A stretch of DNA of 63,686 bases, filler included, from Octopus bimaculoides (taxonomy: Eukaryota), in the NCBI RefSeq assembly GCF_001194135.2. It is 4 parts of 4 records of this genome, joined end to end, with 100 filler letters (N's around TTAATTAATTAA, not from the genome) between each part and the next. Parts side by side here need not be neighbours in the genome. Positions count along the whole stretch, not along the records: positions 30,725 to 53,250 come from NC_068981.1; 3 more parts are not named here. The stretch is one strand, 5' to 3'. Both the position numbers and the translations under genes were made by a program. Under the pieces are notes generated by a model. It was not told where the DNA came from. It searched no databases and saw nothing but the letters and a program-made list of their open reading frames with translations. Positions 40,757 to 51,407 of this stretch are shown in pieces. Position 1 is the first letter of the stretch, and each line of letters starts with the position of its first letter.

Positions 40757-41596
40757 TTTTGCTATAATTCTATAATTTCTTGCAGTAATTGATAGATGAG
40801 GATTCCACAACTTCTTGCTGAAGAACCTGTACAGATGATTTGTTTATAGTGATCAAATGTTTGCACTGTATATTTACTCATTTCATCAAACTCAATCTTG
40901 CCTGTCCAGGCAGATGGTGTGTCACAGGTCAGATCCTGGAAGAATTGCAGAACAATGTGAAGTGAAAGGCTTTGCTAAGAATACAATGCAAAACCGAGTC
41001 CAGGAATTGAAACCACAATCCTACGATATGAATGCAACACACTAATCACTAAATCATGCTCCTTCACACACACATACACCCACATACACACATATATAAT
41101 CCACTTCAACAACTACCCTGCTCTTAGATCTTATATTGGCCTAACCAGAAACTCTTTTAAAATATTCACATTCTAAAGAAACTTGAAAAGAGATATAACA
41201 GAAACTTTCTCTAAACATAGTTTGCGCTTGAAAGAAGCAGAATCTGTTCCGTTTGAAAGCCAATGGTTGGTTGATTCTTTGCATACATGGCACACCTTAT
41301 TTACATGAGAGATTCTTTTCAGGTCTGTACTGCAAACCTTGTTTAAATGAGAAATTATTGATCTTATATATGTATATATTGCACATTTTCTACACACACA
41401 CACACACACACAAAGTTTCTACGTACCAAACTTCAGTCATAAATATTTGGTTAAGCTGAGTCTACGGTAAAAGACACTTGCTCAAGGTACTCTGCAGTCA
41501 GTGGAATCAATCCTGAGGCCATTTTGTTTTAAAGTAAAGTTTTTAACTGCACAATCTTGCTTGAATAAATAACAGCAACAACAACAACAATAATAA

Positions 41597-42083
41597 TCCT
41601 TCCTACTCTAGGCACAAAGCCTGAGATTTTGGGAATGGGGCTCATTAATTACACCAGCCCCAGTGTTCAAGTGGTACTTATTTTATCAACTCTGAGAGGA
41701 TGAAAGGCAAAGTTGACCTGGGTGGAATTTGAACTTAGAATGCAAAGAGCTGGCAGAAAGGCTGCAAAGCATTTTGTCCACTGTGCTAATGAGTCTGCCA
41801 GCTTGTCACCCAAACAATAACAATAACAACAACAATGATAATAATGATAATTTCCAATTTTGTCACAAGGCCAGCATTTTTTTTTTTTTTTTTTTTGGTG
41901 GAGTAAGTTGATTACATTGACTCCAGTTTTCAACTGGTACTTATTTTATCAACTCCGAAAAGATGAAAGGCAAAGTTGACCTCTGTGGAGTTTGAACTCA
42001 AAATGTAAAGATGGACGAAATGCTGTTAAACATTTTGCCTGGCACAGTAATGACTCTTCCAGCTCACTACCTTAATAATAATG

Positions 42084-42122
<39 letters not shown>

Positions 42123-42710
42123 GTTTCAAAGTTTAGGGCGAATTAATTGCATAAACCTCAGTGTTCAACTGGTCCTTTTTTTCATCGATCCCAAAAGGAT
42201 GAAAGGCAAAGTTGATCTTGGAGGAATTTGAACCCAGAATGTAAGGGAGCTGGAAGAAATGCCACTAAGCATTTTATCAGACTCGCTAATTTTTTTTCCA
42301 ATTTGGGCACAAGTCCAGGGAAAAGGTTCAGTCAATACCTTCAGTACTATCAACATTAACATTTGAATGTTACTTTATTTCATTTACTCCAGAAGGATAA
42401 AAGGCTAAGTTGACCTTACCAGAGTTTGAACTGAGAAAGATCTAATTCAAATACTACAAAGCATATTTTTTATTTTACCAATTCTCTAACAATTGTGCCA
42501 CTCCACTACCCTTAATGGATTTTAATATAAGCTAAAAGACCACAAATCAATTTGAAGAAGTGTAGTTGATTAGATCGACCACAGTGTTTGACTGGTACTT
42601 ATTTCATCGATTGGCCAAAAGGATGAAAGAGGAAGTTGACCTCGGAAGGATTTAAATTTGAACTCTGAATGTAACCAAACATTACAAATCACCGCATCTG
42701 ATGCTCTGCC
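41597..42710 (-). mobile_element. Cluster of five SINE family B copies in the same orientation
   Basis: Repeated ggtactta...ggatgaaaggcaaagttgacct...ggaatttgaac units separated by (AAT)n/(AAC)n tracts. Confidence 0.8.
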
Positions 42711-42959
42711 GATTCAGTCAATCAATCAATGCCGTTATGTAATAATCATAATAAAAACAACAATAATAATAATGATAAAAATAAAATTATATCAACAACA
42801 TGAAGAAGAAGAATAACAATAAAAAGAAGAACAGTAACAACAGTAGCAGCAGCAGCAGCAGTAACAAGATGAAATAAGATGAAATGTTTGGTTTGGTTTT
42901 ATCTCTGAATCATGTAGCTGAAACTCTTCAATCAATCTTTCAGCCTTTCAATGATTTTA

Positions 42960-43600
42960 ATTATTACCACTACCACCACCACCACCACTACCACCACAAC
43001 AAACACTCACTCCACTACTTTGACCATAACCAACAACACCAATAACATCAAAGTTACTACTGTTACCACCACAAGCACAAGCACCACCACCACATCACTA
43101 GCACCACCACCATTACCACCACAACACACCACCACCACCACCACCACCACGACAATGCCAATGACAACGACCACCACTACCATGATGTTCGCCATCATCA
43201 CTACTACCTCGACAACGATGACAACCACCACAACAATGATGACAGCGATCACTACCACCACTACCACTGTCATGACCATTTCTGTCATGCTAATGACAAT
43301 GATGACAACAGCAGCAGCAACACCACCACCACCACCACCACTATCACTGTCATCAACACTAATGCCATGACATTACCATCATGCCATGACGACCACCGCC
43401 ACTAACATCGCCATGACTGTTACCCTCATGTTAATGACAATGAAAACCACCACCATGACCACCACTACCATGACCACCAGCCACACTGGCATGGTTACTG
43501 TTATTATTACCACTAGCAGCAAACCTATCACCAACACTGTCGTTATTACACCTGCCACCTACTCTCAAGTAAATATCAACATCAACAGCATTATTGCTGG
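42960..43600. repeat. Degenerate (ACC/ACA/ATG)n low-complexity tract
   Basis: Directly visible; it generates the spurious poly-T/poly-V ORFs. Confidence 0.9.
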
Positions 43601-44208
43601 TTAAATACCCCAAAGATTTCTTCCCAAACAACTGTTGCAAATCATCTGAGTTAGCGACTCACTGCATCAATGCAGGAATTCCTCAAACTGCTATTCTCAG
43701 TTGACAATAAACTTCACTTCATTAGACGCATCAATATTATACAGAGAGAGTGTAAAAGAAGAGGAATATGGAGGAGGATAGAGGTGGGTGAATCAATCAC
43801 ACTTCATTATAGACATTGGTAGAGGTTTCAGGTGGCTAAGTAGAGAGCCAGACATTAAGAGAAAACGGTTGCCAGTTCATATTATGTCACTAGCAACATG
43901 TGCATATCAATGAATGATATATTAATAAAAGATATAGACATCAGAGAGAAAATTTCTGATAAACTGGTGCATCAAAAAAAATAACATATGATATTTATTC
44001 TACTCAACATGTACAGATACTTCCCATGTTGCTCATGCACAAAAGTGAACCAAGTGATTAGGAGCCAACATGGCAGTGTGGTAGAAAGTTCATTTTCAAA
44101 CCACAAAGTTTGGGGTTCAGTTTCACTGCATGGCACCTTGGGCAAATGTATTCTACTATAGCCTCAATCCAACCAAGGATTTGGTAGATGAAAACTGAGA
44201 GAAGCTTG

Positions 44209-44294
<86 letters not shown>

Positions 44295-44355
44295 ATATAT
44301 ATCTACATATATATGCATATATATACTTTATTAATAAAGCTGCAAAGACATCACA

Positions 44356-44401
44356 AAAACTGTTACTCAGCGTTTCATGTTCCTGTTTGTCGGACAGTTT
44401 T
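44356..44401 (-). ncRNA. Degenerate minimal type I hammerhead-like motif
   Basis: Minus strand: AAAACUGU | CCGACAA | ACA GGAA CAU | GAA ACGC U GAGU | A | ACAGUUUU. Stem I is a perfect 8 bp and the triplet is GUA. The core and stem II differ from a canonical motif mostly by CpG-type transitions. Confidence 0.55.
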
Positions 44402-44407
44402 GGTTGA

Positions 44408-44485
<78 letters not shown>

Positions 44486-45149
44486 GTTGGGCCACAGGGA
44501 GGCAAATGACTGAGTTCCTTTCGAGTGTTGGGCCTCATGAAAGCAATGACCGAGGCCTTTGGCATTATGTTGAGAAGAAAACCCATCAAGCCGAGCAAAA
44601 TCACTGTAGTGGCAGATACTGGTGTCATGCCGGTGGCAAGTAAAAGCACTCATTACACTTTCAGAATGGTTGGCATTAAGAAGGGCACCCAACCGTAGAA
44701 AACCATGCCAAATAAGACCGGAGTCTGGTGATTTTAATGAGGTAACTTAATTTTTAGAATGATATTGTAAGGTGATTGAAGGCACATGGCTCAGTGGTTA
44801 GAACAATCATGAGGTAGTGAGTTTGATTCCCGGACTAGGCTGTGTGTTGTATTCATGAGCAAGACACTTTATTTCATGTTGCTCCAGTCCACTTAGCTGT
44901 AGGAATGAGTTGCGACTTCATTGGTGCTAAGCTGTATCGGCCTTTGCCTTTCCCTGGTGGTATGGAGAAGGGAGGTTGGTACGCATGGGCGACTGCTAGT
45001 CTTCCATAAACAACCAGGAATTGTGTCTCAGAGGGTAACTTTCTAGGTGCAATCCCATGGTCATTCATGACTGAAAGGGGTCTTTACCCTATTATTGTAA
45101 GGTTGGTGTGAAAGACTAGATCCGACCAGTTTGAGCATAAAACAGGTTA

Positions 45150-45347
45150 TGTACATTGCCTTTGTTTCAATTATTTTCAAAAATAATGAAGAATTTACTA
45201 AAATAATTTAGTCATTATTAAATTGGGGCTTAGAACATAAATTAACATGAAAATTTGATTGAAGGTTTTAATTTTGCTCATGTTAAAAAACAAAGTTGGT
45301 ATCATAGAAGCATGATCTTGGTAAGGTTGGTACCAAAAAGATTAAGC
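45150..45347 (-). mobile_element. Partial TTAA-type MITE, cut by a gap
   Basis: Ends ggttggtaccaaaaagaTTAA, similar to the CCCTTT/TTAA termini of the 48869 element class. Confidence 0.35.
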
Positions 45348-46049
45348 NNNNNNNNNNNNNNNNNNNNNNNNNNNNNNNNNNNNNNNNNNNNNNNNNNNNN
45401 NNNNNNNNNNNNNNNNNNNNNNNNNNNNNNNNNNNNNNNNNNNNNNNNNNNNNNNNNNNNNNNNNNNNNNNNNNNNNNNNNNNNNNNNNNNNNNNNNNNN
45501 NNNNNNNNNNNNNNNNNNNNNNNNNNNNNNNNNNNNNNNNNNNNNNNNNNNNNNNNNNNNNNNNNNNNNNNNNNNNNNNNNNNNNNNNNNNNNNNNNNNN
45601 NNNNNNNNNNNNNNNNNNNNNNNNNNNNNNNNNNNNNNNNNNNNNNNNNNNNNNNNNNNNNNNNNNNNNNNNNNNNNNNNNNNNNNNNNNNNNNNNNNNN
45701 NNNNNNNNNNNNNNNNNNNNNNNNNNNNNNNNNNNNNNNNNNNNNNNNNNNNNNNNNNNNNNNNNNNNNNNNNNNNNNNNNNNNNNNNNNGTGGATGTGT
45801 GTGTGCAGACATGGCTTTGTGATTGAGAAATTTACTTCACAAACACTTGGTTTAGGTTTAGTCCCATTGTGCAGTAAGTGAGCATGCTTGTTCAGCTGTT
45901 GCCTTGGGTCAACCAACCTTTTGTGAACAAAATTGGTAGATGGAAACTGTATAGAAATCCACCGTATGTATGTGTGTATGTATGTATGTATGTATGTATG
46001 TGTGTGTGTGTGCGTGCATGTGTGTGTGTGCGTGCATGTGTGTGTGTAT

Positions 46050-46200
46050 GCGTATATGTGCATGTTTCTGTGTTCCTTCCTGTGAAAGAGCGTAGGCTCG
46101 AAACGTTAAAGACCTTTTCAATTCCCGAGTGTTATACTAATACATCTATTTGTTTTCTACACCACCTGTCTTCGTCTTGTTTTTTTCTGAATTCTCCCTA
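46050..46200 (+). mobile_element. Short Penelope-terminus-like repeat carrying a hammerhead-like motif (46076-46111)
   Basis: CTGTGAA A GAGC gtag GCTC GAA ACGT T AAAG, with a perfect 4-bp stem II and palindromic ACGT. Homologous to 50440-50590 and in part to 13830-13900. Confidence 0.5.
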
Positions 46201-46309
46201 TATATATATATATATATATATATGACTGAGATACCTGGTGCCTGGCTACACTCAAGAAGACCTGCACCCTGCAACAGACATGTTAAGACTGATCCTTTTG
46301 GTTGTGTAA

Positions 46310-46500
46310 AGAATTCTTGGCAGTGCCATGAGAAAGCACCAGTACAGCAACACATAGAAGTGTTCATGTGGTGACATGTAAAAGAGCCCATGCAGCGTCA
46401 TGCAAAAGCGCCTGTGCAGTGCTATGTAAAAGCACCCATGTGGTACCACACCAAAGCACCCATGCAATGCCACGTAAAAGCATCCAGTGCACTCTGTAAA
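46310..46500 (+). repeat. ~24-bp minisatellite inside an RTE-derived element; similar array at 57410-57590
   Basis: About 7 degenerate units of gtgccatgtaaaagcacccatgc. Confidence 0.7.
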
Positions 46501-46724
46501 GTGGTTGGCATTATGAAAGACATCCAGCTATAGAAACCCTGCCAAATCAGACTGGATTCTGGTGCAGGCCCGTGGCTTGCCAGCTCTGGCCACACTGTCC
46601 AACTCATACCAGCATGGACAACAGACATTAAATGATAATGATTATACACACACACACACACACACCCACATAAATATTGAACAATAACAATGATGCGCAA
46701 TACTGCATTAGTGGATAAAGATTC

Positions 46725-46860
46725 TTTATTTGTGCATTAAGGCTACAATTGGTTTCATGTTAAGGAATACTTCAACAATTATTAAGCCTATCACATGGAA
46801 CATATGTGTTTGAGGTATTCCTTAACACGAAACCAATGGTAACCTTAATACACAAATAAA
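46725..46860. repeat. Inverted repeat with 51-bp arms and a 34-nt spacer
   Basis: 46725-46775 versus the reverse complement of 46810-46860 is identical at 46 of 51 positions. Confidence 0.85.
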
Positions 46861-46916
46861 GTATATATGTATGTATGCATATATGTATGTATGTGTGTGA
46901 GTGTGTGTGTGTGTGT

Positions 46917-47290
46917 GTTGAAGGGGTAGACCCAGGAAGACGTGGGACGAAGTGGTGAGAAAGGGTTTACAAACATTGGGACTCACAGAGGGGATAGCAG
47001 GGAACCAAGACTCTTGGTGGTTTGCTGTGCTTGAAAAGATATGTCAAACTGAGTGAAAGCATGGTTGCCCTTGCAACCCTCTCCAGCTGAGCATCCATAA
47101 TCTCATGGGCTTGTAAGTACTAGTACCATGTAAAAAGCACCCAGTACATTCAGTAAAGTGATTGGTGTTAGGAAGGACATCCAGCTGTAGAAATCATTCC
47201 AAAACAGACACGGAGCCTGAACAACCCTTCAGCTGGTCAGCTCCTGTCAAACCATTCAACCCATGGCAGAATGGAAAATGGATGTTATAT
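46917..47290 (+). mobile_element. RTE LINE 3' fragment
   Basis: gggtagacccaggaagacgtgggacgaagtggtg (GRPRKTWDEVV) followed by the shared 3' UTR. Confidence 0.75.
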
Positions 47291-48868
47291 ATATCAGTTG
47301 TAATAATGAAGTCAAATCAAATAGTGATATTTTGAAATTACTTAATACATAAGTTTCAGGTCTGTGTAATCTACAATAGGAAATGCATACATTATGTAAG
47401 TCTGTCCTCAGTTAAAACATTTCAAAATATGAACCAGTTGATGGAAATATTTCAATAGATATGGTACACACACATATGTTTATGTCAGTGCAAATATATA
47501 TGCATCCATGAAAGTTGTATTCTCCACTTCTCATCTGAGATTGGCTGAGTGAAAAAAATAATGATGTGAATACATCCTGGAAAACATTATGTCCTGTAGC
47601 TCAGAGGCCTCAAAATACTGAACTATAAACTTGCTTCATTATAGAAACAGGAAAGGGTTGGTCACAGGGAAAGCACCCAGTATAAAAATATAAAAATATT
47701 GCCCCAAATAAAGTACCCATCCAACTCATGCTGGTATAAAAAAAGTGATGTAAAATGAATGTGTGTGTGCATGTGCTTATATAGGTGAGATGAAAACTGG
47801 TACACCACCACCACCATCACCATCATCCTTTAACGTCTGTTTTCCATGCTGGCATGGGTTGGATGGTTTGACCAGAGCTGGCAAGTAGGAGAGCTGCACC
47901 AGGTTCCAGTCTGATTTGGCTTGGTTTCTATGGCTGGATACCCTTCCTAACATCAACCACTTTACAGTGTGTGCTCGGTGATTTTAACATGGTACCAGCA
48001 TAAGTGTCTTTATGTGGCACAAGCACAAATGCTGCTATGTGACACTGACATAAGTGCTTTTTTTGTGGTACCAGCACAGGACTCCTGCAGGCCAATCCTC
48101 TTCACCAGAGGATGTAGTCTTAACGCTTCATCATCAAAATACCCAATGGTATTCTCATCTGACAAAATTACACCCTATCATGCCAAGGCTTACTTTGCAG
48201 TTGCAGCTTAAGAAAATGGTGAAATTAGTGCTGGGGTCTAAATACTAGTGCCCTAATATAGTTGCAGTCTGATGACTGAAATGAGCAAAAAAAGAATACA
48301 AGAAGATACTAAATTGTTCATATTTCAATTAAAATCTCAATAAAATATGAATAAGAGGAAATTTCAATTGGTCAACACCCACGTAAAAACCAAAATACAT
48401 CAATACATTAAGTTACAGATATACTAAACATTGCCAAATTCTTGATTATATTGAACATTTATTGAAACATTAGCAATATAGTAATAAACAGCTTTAATAT
48501 TACATACAAGCAGTTGTGTATTTACTAGAAATATGATGGTAAGTAAGTGAAATATCACAAGTCAGAAGCTGTTGTTCTTTCTTTCACTTTAATAAAATCA
48601 ATCTACAAGGATGTCTCTGTACAGTCATTTGATTTATTAGAAAGAACAGCCAAATCTCTTTCAAATCACACCTAAGTAAAGATGTATTAGGCAACATAGT
48701 GAAAAAAAAAAAAAAAAAAGAGCAGAATGGTTACATTTTATAGTTCTTTGATCATAGATCATTAGCACAGTTGGGATGGGGGAAATCCAATGAAGAAGAC
48801 TCTGTGGTTGCTTGATGTGCTTGAAATAGCAACCAAATCTTCTTCATATTGCATTCTACTTGTCTTAA

Positions 48869-49441
48869 CACTTCAACATTCAGATTACTCTGTCCAATGC
48901 AATGCTTTATAATTAACCATGCACGTATAAGCGAAGCAAGATTATTGCAGTCGCTTGTCTTAGTCTATGTGTTTGCAAAATTACTGGAAAATGGCTGAAT
49001 GGATTTTCACCAAATTTGGCAGAAATACTCAATGGGTGAGTGGCTCGAACTCATTAAATTTTGGTTTGATTATCTTCAAAACTGGAAGATGGGTGAATCA
49101 AAATGTTTTTTTTTCTTTGTTACATAAACATAAACAATAAGCAGGGGAAATAACATTGTCATTTTGTTGAAATATGAATTCATCTGAGAATATATTTATT
49201 AAATTAAATTCTATTTTATCCTTGTGTGTGTACAGGGTATACATCACCCCTCCGATGTCTTTTTTTTTCATTCACATTGTTTTGAATTAGTCATGCTATA
49301 TCTCGTAGCATCAAGATTGCAATGAAGTGATTGTTTATTTTTAGAATGACGTAGGGTAGGTGAGAGAAGCCAGATCTAGCTGGTTTGAACATAAAAACAG
49401 GAATATTTGGGCTGAATATGGCTGGTTTAAATGCTAAAGTG
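48869..49441 (-). mobile_element. piggyBac-like MITE with TTAA target-site duplication
   Basis: TTAA at 48865-48868 and 49442-49445. Terminal inverted repeats cacttcaacatt / aatgctaaagtg match at 10 of 12. Interrupted by an insertion at 48912-49262. Confidence 0.65.
48912..49262 (+). mobile_element. Helentron/HINE-like non-autonomous insertion
   Basis: Inserted in a T-rich site, contains ggattttcaccaaatttggc and ends ...gggtatacatcacccctccgatgtc-TTTT. The class assignment rests on general resemblance only. Confidence 0.4.
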
Positions 49442-50154
49442 TTAAATAAGGAAAAGGCATTGGATAATGTAGTTCTAGATATGCTCCTAAAAGACAGGAT
49501 GGTCAAGGTAAGAGTGCCTCTGATCATTGGTCTACTTGATCAGAGTTGATCCGGAGCTAAACAAGAGCAAAACAAAATAAACAAGCTCATAGCCAAAACA
49601 AAACTACAGTAGATTTAGCAACTCAAATTAACAGAACAGTTACATTTAACATGTTGGGTATCAAACCACTTTGGATCCCTCTGCATCTATGATATAAACA
49701 GCCTATTTGAAAGTCTTCATGTTTAAATCAAAATGTTCTATTGTGATTTTAGAGTTAACAATTTTGTTTTTGCTAACTCTACATTGTCTAGGTTATCAAT
49801 ATGCATAAAATTAAACTTAGGCAAGTTTAAAAACATTGACTGAGAAGCTGCAACATCTGTAAGATATTATAATTGCTTGTATGCAATAATGTTGTTCAAA
49901 TATAAAGAATCATTAGAACTCATCTACGCTTTGAAGTTTGTTATTTTCTTCAACAAGATCTTAGTATTTGAAGTATCAAGAGTTAATATTAAATGCTATG
50001 AGGTTAAATTATGTTACAAAAATCAACTTAATAATGAAAAAGTCTTGATTATGAAACATTGGTAAACTTTTTTATAACCTTATTTCATTAGAAATATAAT
50101 TATGAAAAAGTTTAAAAGAAAGAAAGAAAGAGAAAATGAAGCAAAAATCCTTAC

Positions 50155-50279
50155 CAATTCTCTATCATTTCTTTCAATGCATTGCATGGACGTTGGATGA
50201 TTTCCCCAGCTGCTATACGGTTGATGACCACTTCATCTAACTTTCTAATTACGGTGGGAAGCTTTTCGTCTGTAGCCAT
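50155..50279 (-). CDS. MLH1: First coding exon of DNA mismatch repair protein MLH1 (MutL family, GHKL ATPase N-terminus)
   Basis: Translates as [41 protein letters not shown] + TG, then a GTAAG donor at 50154. This matches the MutL/MLH1 signature I..L...[19 protein letters not shown]. The 125-nt exon ends in phase 2 inside the Cys codon, where vertebrate MLH1 exon 1 also ends. Confidence 0.92.
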
Positions 50280-50439
50280 TACTGTAATAGTAACATAATG
50301 AGAAATAGGGAATGATTCTGAATAAAATAATGTTTTGCAAAACAACATAAACAACAACAACAACAAAATACAGCTATGTATATATAATCATTTGCCATGA
50401 TAGATCGCTAGCCACTAAATCTTTATCATTTTCTCTCCC

Positions 50440-50590
50440 TGTTTATTTCTGTGTTCCTTTCTGTTGAAGAGCATAGACTTGAAACGCAAAAGACTTTCTC
50501 ACTTCCAGAGAGTTAAACTAATACATCTGTTTGTTGTTTACACACCCGTCTTCGTCTTTTGTTTTTTTTTTGTAAATTCTCACTATATAT
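50440..50590 (+). mobile_element. Second copy of the Penelope-terminus-like repeat, with a decayed hammerhead-like motif (50457-50492)
   Basis: CTTT CTGTTGA A GAGC atag ACTT GAA ACGC A AAAG; collinear with 46050-46200 over ~150 bp. Confidence 0.5.
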
Positions 50591-50626
50591 ATATACATAC
50601 ATACATACATACATATATATATATAT

Positions 50627-51407
50627 ATAGGAAAATGAAAAATAATAATAAGGCAGAATGCTAAACTGAAAGCATATTTTAATATAGATGTGTATAAGGA
50701 GGGTTAAAAAGGATTTCTAACTGGCTTTCATTGCATGGGAAATTTTCAAGAAGAGGGAGAATGAAAATGTTTTTTACAAAAAAGTAAAAAAATAATATAT
50801 AAAAAAATATACCAATACATTATATTGTCTTTGAGCTTTTAAAGTTCAATGGTAATCGATGTAGATAATTGTTAGGAAGATTAGGATGCATGGAATAAAA
50901 AGTTGTGTTTAAAAAAAGAGGCCTGAAAGTTTGTGTGTTAAGCAGGAAGTGTGGTGTCAAAACAGGAAGTGTGTGTAAAGGAAGACAATTCCTGTTGACA
51001 AAGAGTCCAGAACTCCAACTAAAGAGTATAAAACCCACAGAATTGTCTTCCCTTACACACACTTCCTGTTTTGACACCACATTTCCTGCTTAACACATAA
51101 ACTTTCATCCCTCTTTTTTTAAACACAACGCTTTATTCCATGCATCCTAATCTTCCTAACAATTATCTACATGGATTACCATTGAACTTTAAAAGCTCAA
51201 AGACAATATAATGTATTGGTATATTTATTTTTTTCATATATTATTTTTTACTTTTTTGTAAAAAACATTTCATTTCCCCTCTGCTTGAAAATTTGCCACA
51301 CAATGAAAGCCGGTTAGAAATCCTTTTTAATCCTCCTTATACACATCTATATTAAAATATGCTTTCAGTTTAGCATTCTGCCTTATTATTATTTTTTATT
51401 TTCCTAT
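50627..51407. mobile_element. Large foldback / palindromic MITE-like element
   Basis: Arms 50627-50990 and 51041-51407 are reverse complements, roughly 90% identical by eye with perfect runs over 60 nt, around a 50-nt spacer. Termini are TA|GGAAAAT...ATTTTCC|TA. Confidence 0.85.

Noticed and set aside
42951-43640. Thr-rich, mucin-like ORFs
   Set aside because: Degenerate trinucleotide repeat that is open in several frames on both strands.
46310-46500. CRISPR-like periodic repeats (also 57410-57590)
   Set aside because: Contiguous ~24-bp minisatellite with no unique spacers, inside a eukaryotic retroelement.
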